A stretch of 64,000 nucleotides of DNA from Polyangiaceae bacterium (GCA_965222375.1 CBDCTZ010000016.1:2208001-2272000); one strand, 5' to 3'; counted from the first letter of the stretch, positions 1 through 9,445 are shown. Notes: generated by a model not told the origin, from the letters alone. Program-made: numbers and translations.

Positions 1-1115
1 CGAGTGAAGCCTTGGTGCGCGGACAGAAGCTCGAGCGCTTGGTGCTCCCGGATCGCGCCTACAGCGCTGCCACCTTGCCCAGCGTGGAGATCGTGGATCT
101 GCGTCGCGTGGGCCCGGGGCCCAGCGGCCACCGCCTGCTTTCCCTCACACTGCACCGTGCTCTCGAGCGCACCCTCGAAGCCAAAGAGCAGGCCATCCTG
201 TTCCTGAATCGTCGCGGCTTCGCGCCCACCTTGCTGTGCGAAGCCTGCGGACATCTGGCCGAGTGCCCCAACTGCGCCGTGTCCCTGACCTTGCACCGCC
301 GCGGTGGTGCCGCGTTGCGTTGCCACTACTGCGACTACGGGATCCCGGTGCCGAACCAATGCAGTGCCTGCAAAAGCATTCGGCTCAGCGAAGAGGGAGC
401 GGGCACCGAGCGCATCGAAGCTGCGCTGACGGAGACGTTTCCGACGGCTCGCATCGGCCGGCTCGATCGTGACGTCGCGGCCGGAGTGAAGAGCGAACGC
501 ATTCTGGCGCAGATGCGCGCCAAAGAGCTGGACGTCTTGGTCGGCACGCAAATGGTCACCAAGGGTCACGACTTGCCCGAGGTCACTCTGGTCGGCGTCC
601 TCAATGCGGATTCGGCGCTCAGTCTGCCGGACTTTCGCGCGGCAGAGCGCACTTTTCAGCTCCTGGTACAAGTCGCGGGGCGTGCGGGGCGCGGCGATCG
701 CCCTGGCAGTGTCTTGATTCAAACCTATCAGCCCGATCACCCGGCCATCGTCTTGGCCGCGCGCCACGATGTCGTGTCTTTTCTCGATCGCGAGATGCAG
801 GCTCGCAAAGAGCTGCGCTATCCTCCCTATTCCCGCATCGCGCTTGTCAGGGTCGACGCCGTCGAGGAACGAGTTGCCGAGCGTGCCGCCGAAGGCCTGG
901 CCAAAGTCGCCGCGGGGGCCTGCAAAGACGGCGCCGAGATCTTGGGCCCCGCGCCCGCACCGTTGGCACGTCTGCGCAATCGCTACCGCTATCGCTTCAT
1001 GCTGCGCAGTGCGTCTCGAGGCCCCCTGCGAGATGCCCTCCTCGCCGTGGCCCGCGCTCGGGAAAACTCGAAGGTGCGTGTTGCCATCGACGTCGACCCG
1101 ATGAGCATGCTGTGA
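1..1115 (+). CDS. priA: Primosomal protein N' (PriA), 5'-truncated by the window edge
   Basis: LFLNRRGFAP, two Cys4 zinc sites (CEAC/CPNC, CHYC/CSAC), GTERIE, GTQMVTKGHD, QVAGRAGR, C-terminal GPAPAP and IDVDP. Confidence 0.97.
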   Translation, partial: SEALVRGQKLERLVLPDRAYSAATLPSVEIVDLRRVGPGPSGHRLLSLTLHRALERTLEAKEQAILFLNRRGFAPTLLCEACGHLAECPNCAVSLTLHRRGGAALRCHYCDYGIPVPNQCSACKSIRLSEEGAGTERIEAALTETFPTARIGRLDRDVAAGVKSERILAQMRAKELDVLVGTQMVTKGHDLPEVTLVGVLNADSALSLPDFRAAERTFQLLVQVAGRAGRGDRPGSVLIQTYQPDHPAIVLAARHDVVSFLDREMQARKELRYPPYSRIALVRVDAVEERVAERAAEGLAKVAAGACKDGAEILGPAPAPLARLRNRYRYRFMLRSASRGPLRDALLAVARARENSKVRVAIDVDPMSML

Positions 1116-1205
1116 GGCTCCGTCGCCAACCCAGCAGCGCCAACCACAGGTTGGCAGACACTCGCGCGACCCGACAAGAACAGTCGTTTTCGGCGGTTCC
1201 AGCAC

Positions 1206-1221
1206 CGGCACGCCCCTTGCG
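1206..1221 (+). promoter_or_regulatory. Putative sigma54 -24/-12 promoter
   Basis: CGGCACGCCCCTTGCG = GG-N10-GC with GGCAC and TTGC, just upstream of ATG 1236. Confidence 0.55.
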
Positions 1222-1235
1222 AGGCATCTTGTTCC

Positions 1236-2243
1236 ATGGGCAAACAATCCCTCGCACTGGGCGCGGTTGCGGCGACTTGCCTGCTTGGTTTGGCCTGCAC
1301 CGGCGAGATTGCTGACGATCCAAACGGCGGCAGCAGCGGCACTGCAGGCGTCGCCGGTACCGGCGGTAGTGGCGGCAGCGGGAACGTCAGCAGCGGGGGC
1401 TCGGGGAACGCCGGATTCGGCGGAACTGCGGGCAGCTCGGGGTTCTCCGGTGTTGCGGGGCAGTCTGGGTCGGGCGGCACGACGTCGACGGGCGGTACGA
1501 CCTCGACGGGCGGTACGACCTCGACGGGCGGTACGACCTCGACGGGCGGTACGACCTCGACGGGCGGTACGACCTCGACGGGCGGTACGACCTCGACGGG
1601 CGGCACGACGTCGACGGGCGGCACGACGGGTTGCCCCGCCAGCGGTGTCGTGAATCTCTCCAAGTGGAATTCGAGTCCGTGGGTGGCTGCCGCATCAGGC
1701 ACGGCGGAGCAGGTCTTCACCTTGTCGAACCAAAAGTGGAAGCACTACGAACGATTCGACCTGAGCATGGACTTCACTGTGCGTACCCTCGAAGTCCCCT
1801 TTGTCTGCTTCCTGGAGCTGCGCGCGCGGCCCTGGCGCTACTTCTCGGTTTGCTTCAAAAACGGCAACTACCAGGGCGATACCAAGAAGAAGCTGATCTA
1901 CGTGGCCTACGACGAGAACTCATTTGAATACCTCGTGAAGCAATACACCTTGGTCAACAACAAGGACTACTCCCTCAATATCGTTTGGGACGCCAAGGCA
2001 CTGCAATCCACCCTCACGCTCACGCCCGCAGGCGGCGCCCCGATGACGCTCACGCGAAACCCCATCACCAGCTCGCTGGTTGCCCAGAACCAGAACCTCG
2101 ACTTGCAGGTCGGCTTCAACACCAACCACGCCGACTACAAGAAGGGCATCATCAAAGTGCCGTGGAAGTGGGAGTTCCGAAACCTCAGCGTCAAGCTGAC
2201 GCCCGGCGGCCCCTACGGCAGTGAGGCTCCTGCTTGCAAGTAG
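1236..2243 (+). CDS. Lipoprotein with Gly/Thr/Ser-rich linker and a beta-rich (lectin/LamG-like?) C-terminal domain
   Basis: Signal peptide with lipobox GLAC, (GGTTST)8 linker, aromatic beta-strand-rich C-terminal domain, GC-rich third codon positions. Confidence 0.8.
   Translation: MGKQSLALGAVAATCLLGLACTGEIADDPNGGSSGTAGVAGTGGSGGSGNVSSGGSGNAGFGGTAGSSGFSGVAGQSGSGGTTSTGGTTSTGGTTSTGGTTSTGGTTSTGGTTSTGGTTSTGGTTSTGGTTGCPASGVVNLSKWNSSPWVAAASGTAEQVFTLSNQKWKHYERFDLSMDFTVRTLEVPFVCFLELRARPWRYFSVCFKNGNYQGDTKKKLIYVAYDENSFEYLVKQYTLVNNKDYSLNIVWDAKALQSTLTLTPAGGAPMTLTRNPITSSLVAQNQNLDLQVGFNTNHADYKKGIIKVPWKWEFRNLSVKLTPGGPYGSEAPACK
1473..1628 (+). repeat. Coding tandem repeat, 18 bp x 8 plus a partial unit (GGTTST)
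   Basis: ggcggtacgacctcgacg x6 flanked by variant units ggcggcacgacgtcgacg. Confidence 0.95.
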
Positions 2244-2342
2244 GCCGACGCCGTAGGGACCACGCTGACCGCGCCCGGGATGCGCACGCTGTAAGGCTTT
2301 TTCGCCGGCAGCGTTGGGCAAAAACGAGTAGAAAGTCTCCCC

Positions 2343-2888
2343 GTGCGCGTTTCCCTAGTGCTCTTGACCAGCGCGGCCGCCCTGGCCGCATTCAGCTGGT
2401 GCCCGCCCGCCCGCGCTGCCGAGGGGCAGTGGCATGTTGGTGGCGGTCTGGGCGCGGCGACCTTTTCGAACACGGATTCCGGCTTCGGCCCCGCCGTTGG
2501 TTTGCAGGGCGCCTACGAGTTCAGCGATATGTTCGACATTCACTTCGAGCTGTCCGCTTCCCAGCACCAGTTCGTCGACGGTGTCAGCACGAACTTCTAC
2601 GGCGTCAATGCCGGCTTCGTCTATAAGATCGACATTATCGAGTGGGTTCCGTACATCGGCCTCTACGGCGGTGTGTACCGCTTCAACAACGAGGTCTTTC
2701 CCGCACCGCTCAAGCAGACCGAGCTCGGCATCGGCGTGCCCCTCGGTCTCGACTACTCTTTCTCGCGCAACTTCGCCGTTGGCGCCCAGCTCCGCTACCA
2801 CGGCTTCATGAGCGACCCCATGAGCTCCCTTGGCGACGCGCCCTACTTCCTCGCGCTGCTGCGCGCTGAGTATCGCTGGGGTTGGTAA
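2343..2888 (+). CDS. Outer-membrane beta-barrel protein (OmpA-like small barrel)
   Basis: Signal peptide, alternating amphipathic strands, PYIGLYGG, C-terminal AEYRWGW. Confidence 0.85.
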   Translation: MRVSLVLLTSAAALAAFSWCPPARAAEGQWHVGGGLGAATFSNTDSGFGPAVGLQGAYEFSDMFDIHFELSASQHQFVDGVSTNFYGVNAGFVYKIDIIEWVPYIGLYGGVYRFNNEVFPAPLKQTELGIGVPLGLDYSFSRNFAVGAQLRYHGFMSDPMSSLGDAPYFLALLRAEYRWGW

Positions 2889-3093
2889 CCCTAGCGAGCT
2901 TCCCGCTCGGTTGTTGAAGGATTGGTTTTTGGGGGATGGCGCGCTCGGGGCGTCATCGAGAGTTCTTCGCGGTTCGGCCTGACCGCATGACTCCCCCCTG
3001 CAAACTCGCAGCATACGATGCGGTGAGCTGCGGGAGCAGACCTCGCTCTAGAATCCAAATCCTGCAGCCGACTCCAAGTCATCGAAGAAAGGG

Positions 3094-3380
3094 CTAGGCA
3101 GCGGGAGTCGAGGAAGATTTCCCAGGCACATCCAATGCATTGAAGTGCCCGATTCCGCCGCAGTTCATAGCGACGCAGAAGCCGATTCCGGCATTGAAGC
3201 TGGCACTGATACGGGTGACGACGCGACGGTCACGAAGTTCGCCTGTAGCATCGGCCCTGGCGGCCGGTCCGCACTTGACGCTCAAGCTCATGGATGTCGG
3301 CGAGCCTGCGTTGGAGTTCAGCCAATCCATCTCCTGCGGCGCACAGATCGGGAAGCCGCTGCCGGATGAGATCGGCGGAC
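3094..3380 (-). pseudogene. Possible 3' fragment of an unknown gene, cut at the 63-bp repeat
   Basis: Open frame ending at stop 3094; its upstream part runs straight into repeat copy 1 with no credible start. Confidence 0.3.
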
Positions 3381-3443
3381 GCGGTGCGAGCAAGAGCGCA
3401 GCCCGTCGGCGATTCGTGCAGATGACAGCTGAATGGCTTGAAG
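3381..3443 (+). repeat. 63-bp direct repeat, copy 1
   Basis: gcggtgcgagcaagagcgcagcccgtcggcgattcgtgcagatgacagctgaatggcttgaag; 58/63 identical to 5941-6003. Confidence 0.9.
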
Positions 3444-3788
3444 AATGGCGCCATCGCGACATCAGCGACCTCACGACTCGTGCTCAGTGTGATGAGTGAC
3501 TGGAGAGCACACCAAAGCACCTCAGCACATGAAAGCGCGGAGGCGGCACCGCAGCGACACCGCACGCTCTTGATGGACAACTGTCCAGCGCGAGAATCCA
3601 GCGGAAAGCGGTGCCGGACATCCCCTGGCGGCGTCGCCATGGCACGGATTGGCACAACCCTGGGGAGCCCACGAAACATCCTCGCGCCAACCGCTTGGAT
3701 TTCGCTGCTGGCGCGAGCTTTGCTTCGGAGTCGCGAGCCGCGCGCCAACGCCCTCTCGCAAGCACGCGACCGCCGGGCCAGCTTAGAA

Positions 3789-5369
3789 ATGACGACGGAT
3801 TCAGGACAGACAACGACGGCCAAAACGTTTGCGCCTGGTTGGCTGTCATCACTCAAGCAACGCCGGCCAGCCAGCGCTTGGCCGAGCGAACGGCCTCTGC
3901 ACTGGGCGGTGACCGGCGTGGTTTGGGGGTGCTGTCTGTGGGCGATTCTGACTTGGGCCTACGTGGCCTTCAGCCGCGTGGGATATCCCTACGAGTTGGA
4001 ATGGATGGAAGGGGGCGTGCTCGGGCATGTCGACAGAATCCTCCAAGGCAAGCCCATCTACCAAGCACCTGCCGCCGAGTTCACACCATTCCTGTACGCA
4101 CCGCTCTACTACTACTTCGCTGCCGTCGCGACATGGCTGTTCGGGGTCGGGCTCCCCGCGCTCAGGGCTGTCTCGGTGGCGTCCACCTGTGTGACCCTGT
4201 TGCTGCTCTATGCGCTTGTGCGAAAGGAGACCGGCAGCCGCACCCACGGAATGCTTGCAGCCGGGATCTACGCGGCCACGTTCGAACGGAGCGCCATGTG
4301 GTTCGACGTGGCACGAATCGACTCCTGCGCCCTCGCGCTCGGCCTCGGAGGTCTGTACTTGGCGCTCAACGCAACCCGACTCCGCGGCGTCGCCTTCGCG
4401 GGGCTGCTGCTCGCTCTAGCAACTCTGACCAAGCAGACCGCCGTTGTGCTAGCTCCCGTGTTATTTCTGTGGAGTTGGCGGCGCTGGGGCTGGCGGGGCG
4501 CAGCTGCATTCGCGGGCACGCTGGTCGGCGTCGGGATCTCGTTTACGGCCATCATGACGTGGCTGTCTGATGGCTGGTACTGGTATTACACCGTCGAACT
4601 CCCACTCTCCCACGGCAATGATCGGCGCGAGTTCTTGATCGTCGACTTCTGGCGCCAGGAGATGTTTGCGACTCTACCGATCCTGGTCAGTGGCGCGCTG
4701 CTGATGGCGTTTGGGTTTCCGACCCTGACGGGTGGTGCCCGGCATTGGACGATCGTGCTTGGCGCTTTGTCGTTGGTGCTCGGGTCCTACGCGAGCCGAT
4801 TGCATATGGGCAGCTACTACAACGACTTGATGCCCGCGCATCTCGCACTGGCCTGGGTCTTTCCGATCGCCGCTCATGGCTGGGGCGGGGCTCTTAGCGG
4901 GCTGCGCGCCCTGCGCGCGCGAAGCGCCGCCCTCGGGCTGACCGCCCTGCAGCTCTATCTGCTCATCGGCACGACCGACAAGCACATTCCCACGCAGGAA
5001 GATCGCGCGACGGGGGATGCCCTCGTTGCATACATTCGGGCGCAGCCCGGTGACGTGCTCGTCGTCAATCACCCGCACCTGGCGAAGATGGCCGGCAAGA
5101 TCCCCCGTGCCCACTTCATGGCAATGATTGACGTAATGCTGACCAAAAAGGATCCTCACAAGCTGCGCGACAGGCTCAGGTCGGAGTGGGTGCCGCTGTT
5201 TGAAAGAAAGCACTTTTCGACAATCATCGCTGACAACGATTGGCACCCGTTCTGGCCCGAGTTGGCGCGACACTATCGCGTCGAACGCAAGCTCGAACGT
5301 TGGGACAAGGGATTGACCCCAAAAACGGGCACGGACTTCCGTCCCGCGCTCGTGCTTGTACCGAAGTAG
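3789..5369 (+). CDS. ArnT/PMT-like (GT-C fold) integral membrane glycosyltransferase
   Basis: YPYELEWMEG, YAPLYY, ARIDS and LTKQT motifs, many TM segments; start moved from 3438 to ATG 3789 by judgement. Confidence 0.85.
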   Translation: MTTDSGQTTTAKTFAPGWLSSLKQRRPASAWPSERPLHWAVTGVVWGCCLWAILTWAYVAFSRVGYPYELEWMEGGVLGHVDRILQGKPIYQAPAAEFTPFLYAPLYYYFAAVATWLFGVGLPALRAVSVASTCVTLLLLYALVRKETGSRTHGMLAAGIYAATFERSAMWFDVARIDSCALALGLGGLYLALNATRLRGVAFAGLLLALATLTKQTAVVLAPVLFLWSWRRWGWRGAAAFAGTLVGVGISFTAIMTWLSDGWYWYYTVELPLSHGNDRREFLIVDFWRQEMFATLPILVSGALLMAFGFPTLTGGARHWTIVLGALSLVLGSYASRLHMGSYYNDLMPAHLALAWVFPIAAHGWGGALSGLRALRARSAALGLTALQLYLLIGTTDKHIPTQEDRATGDALVAYIRAQPGDVLVVNHPHLAKMAGKIPRAHFMAMIDVMLTKKDPHKLRDRLRSEWVPLFERKHFSTIIADNDWHPFWPELARHYRVERKLERWDKGLTPKTGTDFRPALVLVPK

Positions 5370-5414
5370 CAGAGTGTTTCCGAGATACTCTCACAGAGGG
5401 AGGCCGCCGCTTCG

Positions 5415-5660
5415 ATGATCAACACGGAGCGGGACATTCCCTGCGGCTCGGCCTGCCCCAGCGGTTGGGCCTGCATGTCCGTTGAGGGCACAAACGTGTG
5501 CTTCCTTGAGAAGCAAGTCGAAGCTTCGGGCGGTGGCTGCGGGTTGCCGCGCCACAGGCCGCAGGGCCCGAGAGTACCGAGCTACGTGTTTCTGCTGGGC
5601 GTGCTGGTCGCCAGCTGGCGGCGCCGCAGGCGCCAGCGTCGAGCCACAGGACTGAAGTAG
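5415..5660 (+). pseudogene. Orphan C-terminal fragment carrying a MYXO-CTERM-like sorting signal
   Basis: CGSACPSGWAC, then SGGGC, a hydrophobic stretch and WRRRRR; no signal peptide. Confidence 0.55.
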
Positions 5661-5669
5661 GAGAGAGCG

Positions 5670-5940
5670 ATGCGAATCCGGATGGTGAAGCGTGCAACTG
5701 TGGCAGCAAGTCTGATGGTCGCCACCATGGCCGGCTGCAGCGACAGCAGTGAGGAAAAGCTGCACCTGCTGAACGACAACAAGGTCGACGATTCGGAGCA
5801 GGTTCGCTTGCGCGCGCTGCAGACCATGAAGGTTGTGAGCATTGACAATACCTCGGAGGAACAGACGGAAATTGGGGTTCCGGTTGGTAGTTGGGATGAA
5901 TTTGTGAACTCGCAGATCCCCGCGGCGATTCAAGCAGAGT
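5670..5940 (+). pseudogene. Truncated lipoprotein gene, interrupted at repeat copy 2
   Basis: RBS (AGGAG), signal peptide with lipobox MAGC; after about 90 codons the frame reads through the 63-bp repeat and the IS481 remnant. Confidence 0.55.
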
Positions 5941-6003
5941 GCGGTGCAAGCAAGAGCGCAGCCCGTCGGGGATTCGTGCAGGTGACAGCTGAGAGGCTTG
6001 AAG
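5941..6003 (+). repeat. 63-bp direct repeat, copy 2
   Basis: 58/63 identical to 3381-3443; ends where the IS481-like end begins. Confidence 0.9.
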
Positions 6004-6170
6004 TGCAAAACTCAGAACTTCATCTGACAGTCGGCTCGGCTCATGTCATTGTCCGATTCTGGCGCGACTGTCGACCGCGCGCACTACGCCGCCAGCATCT
6101 TCTCCTTAGCAAGCGGAATGCTGTCGAGGAAAGTTTTTGTTGGTGTCTTTCCGTAGCACCAATGTCTTGC
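6004..6170 (-). mobile_element. IS481-family remnant (transposase C-terminus plus right end)
   Basis: Minus-strand peptide WCYGKTPTKTFLDSIPLAKEKMLAA* resembles the recalled C-terminus of IS481-family transposases; followed by an IR-like end ctgtcagatgaagttctgagttttgca. Confidence 0.7.
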
Positions 6171-6207
6171 GGTCGTAGACAGCTTGTAGCCCGTGATTGG
6201 GGACTTG

Positions 6208-6639
6208 TCAGCTCTGGCCGTCGTCGGCCGTGAGCACGTGTCCTGATGTGTTCGCCAGCGGGCCAGCACCGTCGTAGACGAAGCGCATCCCTGCCGCGTC
6301 GAAGGTCACGCCCGCCGGCAGTGGTACGCTGTTGAGCGCGATGGAAAGCGCGTCGCCATCTGCGTCGGTGACGTATTCCGCGATCGAAAAACTCGACACC
6401 ACGCCCTGCGTGAACAAGATCGTTGGAACGGTCGTCCAAACAGGCGCAGTGTTGCCCGCGGTTGCGTCACCGGGTCCGGCGTCCCCGCCCGTTCCGCCCG
6501 CTCCGGCAGCTCCTCCGGTTCCGGCAGCCCCGCCCGGCGTGGCGCCGTCCGAGCCACACCCGACTGCAAGTGCAAATCCGCCGGCCGCTGCGCCGGCAAC
6601 GAACGTGCGCCGTGTCATCTCGTGGTTGTCGCGATTCAT
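6208..6639 (-). CDS. Tat-exported lipoprotein with a cadherin/Ig-like domain
   Basis: TRRTFV twin-arginine motif, lipobox AVGC, Gly-rich linker, NTAPVW...TDADGDAL...LPAGVTFD...TADDG. Confidence 0.8.
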   Translation of the reverse strand: MNRDNHEMTRRTFVAGAAAGGFALAVGCGSDGATPGGAAGTGGAAGAGGTGGDAGPGDATAGNTAPVWTTVPTILFTQGVVSSFSIAEYVTDADGDALSIALNSVPLPAGVTFDAAGMRFVYDGAGPLANTSGHVLTADDGQS

Positions 6640-6712
6640 GTTGCTCCCTCATCACATCTACCTAGGTTCGTTAGCCCAGTTGATGCTCGTCTTCTGTAGC
6701 GCAACAGCGCAA

Positions 6713-6728
6713 CGCAAAGACTATGCCG
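6713..6728 (-). promoter_or_regulatory. Putative sigma54 promoter for the gene starting at 6639
   Basis: Minus strand CGGCATAGTCTTTGCG = GG-N10-GC. Confidence 0.5.
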
Positions 6729-6844
6729 CGGCAGCGAGTCCACGTTGGTTGTGCCAAGTCGTTCCGGTCGCCCGAAACGGAGCGACTAGTTTGACGCTGC
6801 GTGGTCACAAACGCCTGGCGAACTTTGGCGGCGGGATCGAAAAG

Positions 6845-6864
6845 TGTCCGACACGTGTCGGACA
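6845..6864. promoter_or_regulatory. Perfect 20-bp palindrome, candidate operator or enhancer site
   Basis: tgtccgacac|gtgtcggaca in the divergent intergenic region. Confidence 0.55.
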
Positions 6865-6967
6865 GTGTTTGCTGTCGGGGCACGCGATCCCGCAGAGGCG
6901 GGCGCGAGCTTTGAGGTTCTAGTACGTCGATACGGCATGCGCCGAGTTTGTTGGTGGTATGATATAG

Positions 6968-8182
6968 GTGTTGGTTATGCGGATTTCCATGGCATTGGCC
7001 TGTTTCGTGGGCTTCTTAGGATGTGGCGATGGGGGCGGAGAGGCGCCCAATACTGGCGTTGATGCGGGCGGCGGTGCTGGCGTTGGCGCGGGCGGCGGTG
7101 CTGGCGTTGGCGCGGGCGGCGGTGCTGGCGTTGGCGCGGGCGGCGGTGCTGGCGGCGGCGTGGGCGGCGATGCGGGCGTTGATGATTGGCATTCGCGCAG
7201 CACGGCGTCCGGCGTCTTTTACGCGAACAATTTCAATTACGCGGACCGCGCAGCGTACTTGGCAGACGCGCATAGCTATCACTACAGCGAAACAGCGGAC
7301 CAAAAGCCGAAGCTTGACCTCGATACGACCATCAAACTATCGGGTGCGGGTGCATCTCGCCACAACTGGTTTGCGAGCGAGGGAGCGAATGAGGGGGGGC
7401 CCGCATGGAACTTCTCGTTCGATGGCGTCGGCGCAGACACTACGAACACGAAGAAGACGGAATTCTATCTTCAGTACTCAATGTACGTGCACTCCGGCTG
7501 GGTCGACTTCGTGTACACGGATGGCTCTATCAAGACAATGATCATCTTCAATCCGGCGGTGGCGCCCTTTGCGACTGGCGAGATTGTTCAGACCCGAAGC
7601 GGCCGGGGACCATGGCCGACCGGTTTCCGCGTTACCAAGTCCGCCCTCGGCTGGCAGATGGTGTGGTCAACGCCGAGTTTTGTGGACGGCGACGACACCT
7701 ACTACACGTTCTGGGATGGCGGACCGCAATCGGAAAATGGTGAAACAGATCTGACCGACATCAATCTTTTTGAGCGGCGTTGGGGAGTAAGAAGGCGAAA
7801 CCGCGATCCGTCCGATCCGGACTACGCGAACATTCCGAAGTTAGAGGGTGGCAAGTGGTACACGTTTGAGGTCTATGTCAATGTGAACTCGCCGAATTCC
7901 GTGTTCAAGTGCTGGTTCGCTGAACGCGGCCAGCCACCGATTTTGTTGTACGGCTACATGGACATGGGCATCGCTGAAAACACGGACACGTATCGTGGCG
8001 CTCATCTCATCAACAGGGCCGAGAACACTACCGTTTGGGTTCCGCAGGACACCTTCATCAACTTCGATGAAGTAATCGCAAGTGACAATGAAGTTCCGTT
8101 CCCCGGCGGACACGCCTTGCCGAGCTCGGGAACCGTCACACCACCCAACTGGCCCGCGGCGGGCTCGGGGCCGCGGCCATGA
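6968..8182 (+). CDS. Lipoprotein with Gly-rich linker and a polysaccharide-lyase/LamG-like beta-sandwich domain
   Basis: Lipobox FLGC, AGGGAGVG repeats, FYLQYSMYV, GKWYTFEVYV and FDEVIAS patterns. Confidence 0.7.
   Translation: MLVMRISMALACFVGFLGCGDGGGEAPNTGVDAGGGAGVGAGGGAGVGAGGGAGVGAGGGAGGGVGGDAGVDDWHSRSTASGVFYANNFNYADRAAYLADAHSYHYSETADQKPKLDLDTTIKLSGAGASRHNWFASEGANEGGPAWNFSFDGVGADTTNTKKTEFYLQYSMYVHSGWVDFVYTDGSIKTMIIFNPAVAPFATGEIVQTRSGRGPWPTGFRVTKSALGWQMVWSTPSFVDGDDTYYTFWDGGPQSENGETDLTDINLFERRWGVRRRNRDPSDPDYANIPKLEGGKWYTFEVYVNVNSPNSVFKCWFAERGQPPILLYGYMDMGIAENTDTYRGAHLINRAENTTVWVPQDTFINFDEVIASDNEVPFPGGHALPSSGTVTPPNWPAAGSGPRP
7064..7153 (+). repeat. Coding tandem repeat, 24 bp x 3.75
   Basis: gcgggcggcggtgctggcgttggc. 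Confidence 0.9.
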
Positions 8183-9348
8183 CAGTCGTGGCCAGTCATC
8201 CGTTTTCGGTATCGGTTGTTGCCGGTGGAGCGGCACCGTCCTGGGTATCACTGATGTCGCTGAACACTTGGTACACGATCGGCGGTAGTAAGCCGGACTT
8301 GAGTTTGTCGCCAACCAACCAGGGCGATGACGTCGATCCGGACCCGGCGCGAGTCGCCCCATACGACGGCACGACAGGCTTCGGCGCTGTATGGGGGGCG
8401 TGGAACTCGGCGGCATACGCGTCGAACCTTGGCAGCGCTGGTTCGCAGCTTCACTACGGCGGCGGGCACAGGGACTACTATGGCAACGGCATTGTTCGTT
8501 TTGATCTGGAGTCCCGTACTTGGTCCATGCTCACTCAACCGTCAGAAGCAGGACCGTTTTCTTCCGGGGCAGACGTGTTGAACGGCTACACGGACGGCAC
8601 GCCATCTCCGCCGCACACCTACAACCATCTGGTGTATCTGAACAATCACCTCATCTGTATGAAAGCGATTTCGAAGATCAATGCGCCAGATATTGGTAGC
8701 GCGTCGGTTCCAATGCCGTGGGCCTACAATACGGTTGCTCAGGTGTGGCGACGCGGCGCCAGAGCATCAGGTATTGGCGCAGACACTCAGGGTTTTTCAT
8801 GCGTCGACACACTCCGAAACGGCGTGTGGATGTGCGATAAGGACAACGGCGACTTTGGATTCTATGAGCCGTTTACCGATAACGGTGACGGGACGTTTGG
8901 ATCGTGGACCGTGTACGCCTCATCGGGGACGTACTCGAGCGGCTCTGAAATGGTCCATGATCCGGTAGAGGACAAGTTGTTCATTCTGGGCAACAGCAAA
9001 CTCTATCGGAAAGACCCCACGGACATGACGGGTGACCGAGTCGCGGTCTCAATGAGCAACACGCCCCCGCTCAACACTGCGAGCATGTTGCAGTACAGCC
9101 CAGTCCTTGGCGGGTTGGTCTACCAGCGAAACGGAACCGGCCACGTCTATCTGGCAACGACTAGTGATGGCTGGGACAGTTGTTCATGGTCAGCGATTAC
9201 GACGAACGAGCAGGGCAAGGATTTCAGTACCTCCAGCGGAACGGCAGGGCTGTACCAGAAATGCCAGCTCTGCAACTTCGGTAGCATCGAGCTACTTGTA
9301 TTTACTGCCAGAAGCGCAACCGATGCTCTTGCTTTGAGGCTGGCGTAG
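8179..9348 (+). CDS. Kelch-like beta-propeller protein
   Basis: GGGHRDYYGNGIVRFDLESRTW, HTYNHL and repeated Y/H-D/N-P-x-x-x-W blades; ATGA overlap with the upstream gene; no signal peptide. Confidence 0.7.
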   Translation: MTVVASHPFSVSVVAGGAAPSWVSLMSLNTWYTIGGSKPDLSLSPTNQGDDVDPDPARVAPYDGTTGFGAVWGAWNSAAYASNLGSAGSQLHYGGGHRDYYGNGIVRFDLESRTWSMLTQPSEAGPFSSGADVLNGYTDGTPSPPHTYNHLVYLNNHLICMKAISKINAPDIGSASVPMPWAYNTVAQVWRRGARASGIGADTQGFSCVDTLRNGVWMCDKDNGDFGFYEPFTDNGDGTFGSWTVYASSGTYSSGSEMVHDPVEDKLFILGNSKLYRKDPTDMTGDRVAVSMSNTPPLNTASMLQYSPVLGGLVYQRNGTGHVYLATTSDGWDSCSWSAITTNEQGKDFSTSSGTAGLYQKCQLCNFGSIELLVFTARSATDALALRLA

Positions 9349-9445
9349 AGTAACCCCTCCACGAGCAGCGTAGTGCTTTGAGCTTGCCAGGGTCGGCTAA
9401 GCGGCGGAGGGTGACGCGGGGTGGTGGCCGTGGTTGCTTGGTTGG

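Noticed and set aside
1473..1628. CRISPR-like array
   Set aside because: Units are contiguous, in frame and have no spacers; it is a coding tandem repeat and no cas genes are present.
3438..3788. Long N-terminal extensions in the ORF track (also at 25264, 26064, 27251, 41015, 48028, 55380 and 59106)
   Set aside because: They overlap upstream genes or read as non-protein; downstream starts with an RBS, signal peptide or family N-terminus fit better.
5670..6233. Intact 187-aa lipoprotein
   Set aside because: The C-terminal half is read-through of the 63-bp repeat and the IS481 remnant.
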